Source: Macrostomum hystrix
Lineage: Eukaryota; Animalia; Platyhelminthes
Assembly (NCBI GenBank): GCA_950097015.1
Contig: CATNEN010000001.1
Coordinates: 20,646,001 to 20,710,000, forward strand
Direction: 5' to 3'
Length of the DNA: 64,000 nucleotides
Under the pieces are notes generated by a model. It was not told the DNA's origin. It made no database searches and was given only the letters and a program-made list of their open reading frames with translations. The translations under genes and the position numbers were made by a program. Of the stretch, positions 60,001-64,000 are shown piece by piece (positions within the stretch are counted from its first letter, which is position 1; every line of letters starts with the position of its first letter).

Positions 60001-62120
60001 TCAGATCCTGAAACTACATCGTTTAGATCCTGAAACTACATCCTTCAGATCCTGAAACTACATCCTTCAGATCCTGAAACTAAATCCTTCAGATCCTGAA
60101 ACTACATCCTTTAGATCCTGAAACTACATCCTTTAGATCCTGAAACTACATCCTTTAGATCCTGAAACTACATCCTTTAGATCCTGAAGCTACATCCTTC
60201 AGATCCTGAAGCTCCATCATTCAGATCCTGAAACTACATCCTTCAGATCCTGAAACTACATCCTTCAGATCCTGAAACTACATCCTTTAGATCCTGAAAC
60301 TACATCCTTTAGATCCTGAAACTACATCCTTTAGATCCTGAAGCTACATCCTTTAGATCCTGAAACTACATCCTTTAGATCCTGAAACTACATCCTTCAG
60401 ATCCTGAAACTACATCCTTTAGATCCTGAAGCTACATCCTTCAGATCCTGAAGCTCCATCATTCAGATCCTGAAACTACATCCTTCAGATCCTGAAACTA
60501 CATCCTTCAGATCCTGAAACTACATCCTTTAGATCCTGAAACTACATCCTTTAGATCCTGAAACTACATCCTTTAGATCCTGAAGCTACATCCTTTAGAT
60601 CCTGAAACTACATCCTTTAGATCCTGAAACTACATCCTTCAGATCCTGAAACTACATCCTTTAGATCCTGAAGCTACATCCTTTAGATCCTGAAACTACA
60701 TCCTTTAGATCCTGAAACTACATCCTTCAGATCCTGAAACTACATCCTTTAGATCCTTAAACTACATCCTTTAGATCCTGAAACTACATCCTTTAGATCC
60801 TGAAACTACATCCTTTAGATCCTGAAACTACATCCTTCAGATCCTGAAACTACATCCTTTAGATCCTGAAACTACATCCTTTAGATCCTGAAACTACATC
60901 CTTCAGATCCTGAAACTACATCCTTTAGATCCTGAAACTACATCCTTCAGATCTTGAAGCTCCATCCTTCAGATCCTCAAGCTAAATCCTTCAGATCCTG
61001 AAACTACATCCTTCAGATCTTGAAGCTCCATCCTTCAGATCCTGAAACTACATCCTTTAGATCCTGAAACTACATCCTTTAGATCCTGAAACTACATCCT
61101 TTAGATCCTGAAACTACATCCTTCAGATCCTGAAACTACATCCTTCAGATCCTGAAACTACATCCTTTAGATCCTGAAACTACATCCTTTAGATCCTGAA
61201 ACTACATCCTTCAGATCCTGAAGCTACATCCTTTAGATCCTGAAACTACATCCTTTAGATCCTGAAGCTACATCCTTCAGATCCTGAAGCTACATCCTTC
61301 AGATCCTGAAGCTACATCCTTTAGATCCTGAAGCTACATCCTTCAGATCCTCAAGCTAAATCCTTCAGATCCTGAAACTACATCCTTTAGATCCTGAAAC
61401 TACATCCTTCAGATCCTGAAACTACATCCTTTAGATCCTGAAACTACATCCTTCAGATCCTGAAACTACATCCTTTAGATCCTGAAACTACATCCTTCAG
61501 ATCCTGAAACTATATCCTTCAGATCCTGAAACTACATCCTTCAGATCTTGAAGCTACATCCTTCAGATCCTGAAGCTACATCCTTCAGATCCTGAAACTA
61601 CATCATTCAGATATGAAGCTACATCCTTCAGATCCTGAAGCTACATCCTTCAGATCCTGAAACTACATCCTTCAGATCCTGAAACTATATCCTTCAGATC
61701 TTGAAGCTACATCCTTCAGATCCTGAATCCCGATCCTCAAGCATGACAGTTGCTTAAAAAGTTGTCGAGATGCCAACAATGAAATCAACCTGTCCCATAG
61801 ACTATGACATCGACATCCTGCACGCTGGAACCGTCCACAAAGGTGACAGTCCGGCCATCAATGCTGGCGACATCTGGTCTGACTTTAACAAGTCCGGCAG
61901 CTAGTCTGTTAGGCATTTCATCATTAACAAACGTGTGCTGCTGCAGGGGACTGTGAGCCGGCCTCAGGCCATACAAATCGTGATCCAGCCTGGCCTGGAG
62001 TGACTCCTCCAGTTTGCGGCTGAAGTAGCGAATGCCAAACAAGCGAATCAGCCACAGACGGATTCGACGTGCGAACACAAGGTCCTTTGGCCAGCCGTGA
62101 TCAATGACACGGTTGCTGAC
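57076..62120 (-). CDS. FMO: Flavin-containing monooxygenase (FMO5-like); last three exons, 5' exons lie beyond the window end
   Basis: Exons 61790-62120, 59529-59827, 57076-57480; GT-AG and in phase. [34 protein letters not shown] (FATGY motif), [63 protein letters not shown]-terminal membrane anchor. Confidence 0.94.
57535..57910. repeat. Degenerate ~22-bp repeat (TTGATTCTGGGATCTGAGGATC) in the last FMO intron
   Basis: Visible degenerate units. Confidence 0.8.
58338..59390. repeat. 22/24-bp minisatellite (GATTCTGGGATCTGAAGTTATG)n in the last FMO intron
   Basis: Visible tandem units. Confidence 0.96.
59847..61727. repeat. 22-bp minisatellite (CAGATCCTGAAACTACATCCTT)n, ~85 copies, FMO intron
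   Basis: Visible tandem units filling almost the whole intron. Confidence 0.97.
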
Positions 62121-62227
62121 CTGCGATGTGCGATATGGGATTTTTAATGTTTATCTACAACTCAAACTCAAACCGGGGATCCGAGAATCTGGGACAACTC
62201 AAAATGGGGATCTGAGGATCTGGAAGA

Positions 62228-62817
62228 ACACAAACTGGGATCTGAGAGAACACAAACTGGGATCTGAGAGAACTCAAACTGGGATCTGAGAGAACCTAAA
62301 CTGGGATATGAGAGAACCTAAATTGGGATCTGAGAGAACTCAAACTGGGATCTAAGAGAACTCAAACTGGGATCTGAGAGAACTCAAACTGGGATCTGAG
62401 AGAACTCAAACTGGGATCTGAGAGAACTCAAACTGGGATCTGAGAGAACTCAAACTGGGATCTGAGAGAACTCAAACTGGGATCTGAGAGAACTCAAACT
62501 GGGATCTGAGAGAACTCAAACTGGGATCTGAGAGAACTCAAACTGGGATCTGAGAGAACTCAAACTGGGATCTAAGAGAACCTAAACTGGGATATGAGAG
62601 AACTCAAACTGGGATCTGAGAGAACTCAAACTGGGATCTGAGAGAACTCAAACTGGGATCTGAGAGAACTCAAACTGGGATCTGAGAGAACTCAAACTGG
62701 GATCTGAGAGAACTCAAACTGGGATCTGAGAGAACTCAAACTGGGATCTGAGAGAACTCAAACTGGGATCTGAGAGAACTCAAACTGGGATCTGAGAGAA
62801 CTCAAACTGGGATCTAA
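62228..62817. repeat. 22-bp minisatellite (AAACTGGGATCTGAGAGAACTC)n, FMO intron
   Basis: Visible tandem units. Confidence 0.96.
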
Positions 62818-63358
62818 GGATCTGGGAGAAATTAAACAAGGATTTAAAACGCTTCGAGAAATCGACTAGGGATTTGAGGATATGAAGAACTTGAACTGGT
62901 GATCTAAGCATCTGAGGATCTGGGAGAGCTTAAACTGGGACATTAAAATCTTTGAGGATTTCGTCAAATATTTTTATATCAGATGTTTTATGCGCCAGTA
63001 CATTTAACCCATACAAGCGAAACACACCCTAATCGCTAGCACTGATAAAAGTACATCTGATACCAAAGTCACGCGGAAAGTACTGGCAACGCTGGCAGAT
63101 AAGCCAATGCCAGTACAGAATGTCTGTAAACTGGAACGGACCGGTTTCTCGGAAAGGCAAGTTTCAAAGTGCAGAAAATGTACTATTGCACAGAAAAAAA
63201 CACGAAACTTAATTAAAAATTTATGAATGCACAGGTGCAACTAACAACTAAATATCGGAATTTCACATTCTCGGATTTCAACTCTGATATCTAGCATGTG
63301 CAGAATTGTTTATAGGATATGGAATATTTGAATGTAAGGATCTCTATAAAAAGGTTTA

Positions 63359-64000
63359 GGATCTTAGGATTCTTGATTTTGGGATCTGGGATCTAAGGAT
63401 TCTTGATTTTGGGATCTGGGATCTAAGGATTCTTGATTTTGGGATCTGGGATCAAAGAATTGTTGATTTTGGGATCTGGGATCTAAGAATTCTTGATTTT
63501 GGGATATTGGATCTAAGAATTCTTGATTTTGGGATCTGGGATCTAAGAGTTCTTGATTTTGGGATCTGAGATCTAAGAGTTCTTGATTTTGGGATCTGAG
63601 ATCTAAGAGTTCTTGATTTTGGGATCTGGGATCTAAGAGTTCTTGATTTTGGGATCTGAGATCTAAGAGTTCTTGATTTTGGGATCTGAGATCTAAGAGT
63701 TCTTGATTTTGGGATCTGAGATCTAAGAGTTCTTGATTTTGGGATCTGAGATCTAAGAGTTCTTGATTTTTGGATCTGAGATCTAAGAGTTCTTGATTTT
63801 GGGATCTGAGATCTAAGAGTTCTTGATTTTGGGATATTGGATCAAAGAATTCTTGATTTTGGGATCTGAGATCTAAGAGTTCTTGATTTTGGGATATTGG
63901 ATCAAAGAATTCTTGATTTTGGGATCTGAGATCTAAGAGTTCTTGATTTTGGGATCTGAGATCTAAGAGTTCTTGATTTTGGGATATTGGATCAAAGAAT
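63359..64000. repeat. 30-bp minisatellite (GATCTAAGAGTTCTTGATTTTGGGATCTGA)n, runs off the window end
   Basis: Visible tandem units. Confidence 0.96.

Overview
Eukaryotic (animal) genomic DNA with GT-AG introns. Short GC-rich exons sit between AT-rich DNA and introns swollen by minisatellites. This style and a cathepsin D with a C-terminal extension suggest a flatworm such as Macrostomum (inference only). Host genes reconstructed by hand from splice sites: cathepsin D (-), SCAMP (+), PPT1 (+), a four-TM membrane protein (-), an unidentified basic coiled-coil gene with no obvious start codon (-), GOPC/PIST (-), an intronless secreted 2xCTLD + LamG-like lectin (-), a 12-exon SLC5 sodium:solute symporter (+) and the 3' half of an FMO (-). 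Mobile DNA: one intact, very young 8.9-kb Ty3/gypsy element (740-bp LTRs, CAAT target duplication, -1 frameshift, an extra non-env Q/P-rich ORF3 with its own promoter-like motifs, reiterated PBS and PPT signals), a decayed gypsy relic, and a tRNA-derived SINE family. About 30 tandem arrays account for most long low-complexity ORFs in the ORF track. Best leads: (i) the three-ORF gypsy element; (ii) SLC5 introns built from concatenated GT...AG mini-intron units (candidate recursive splicing arrays); (iii) a possible operon or coupled-translation unit downstream of GOPC.
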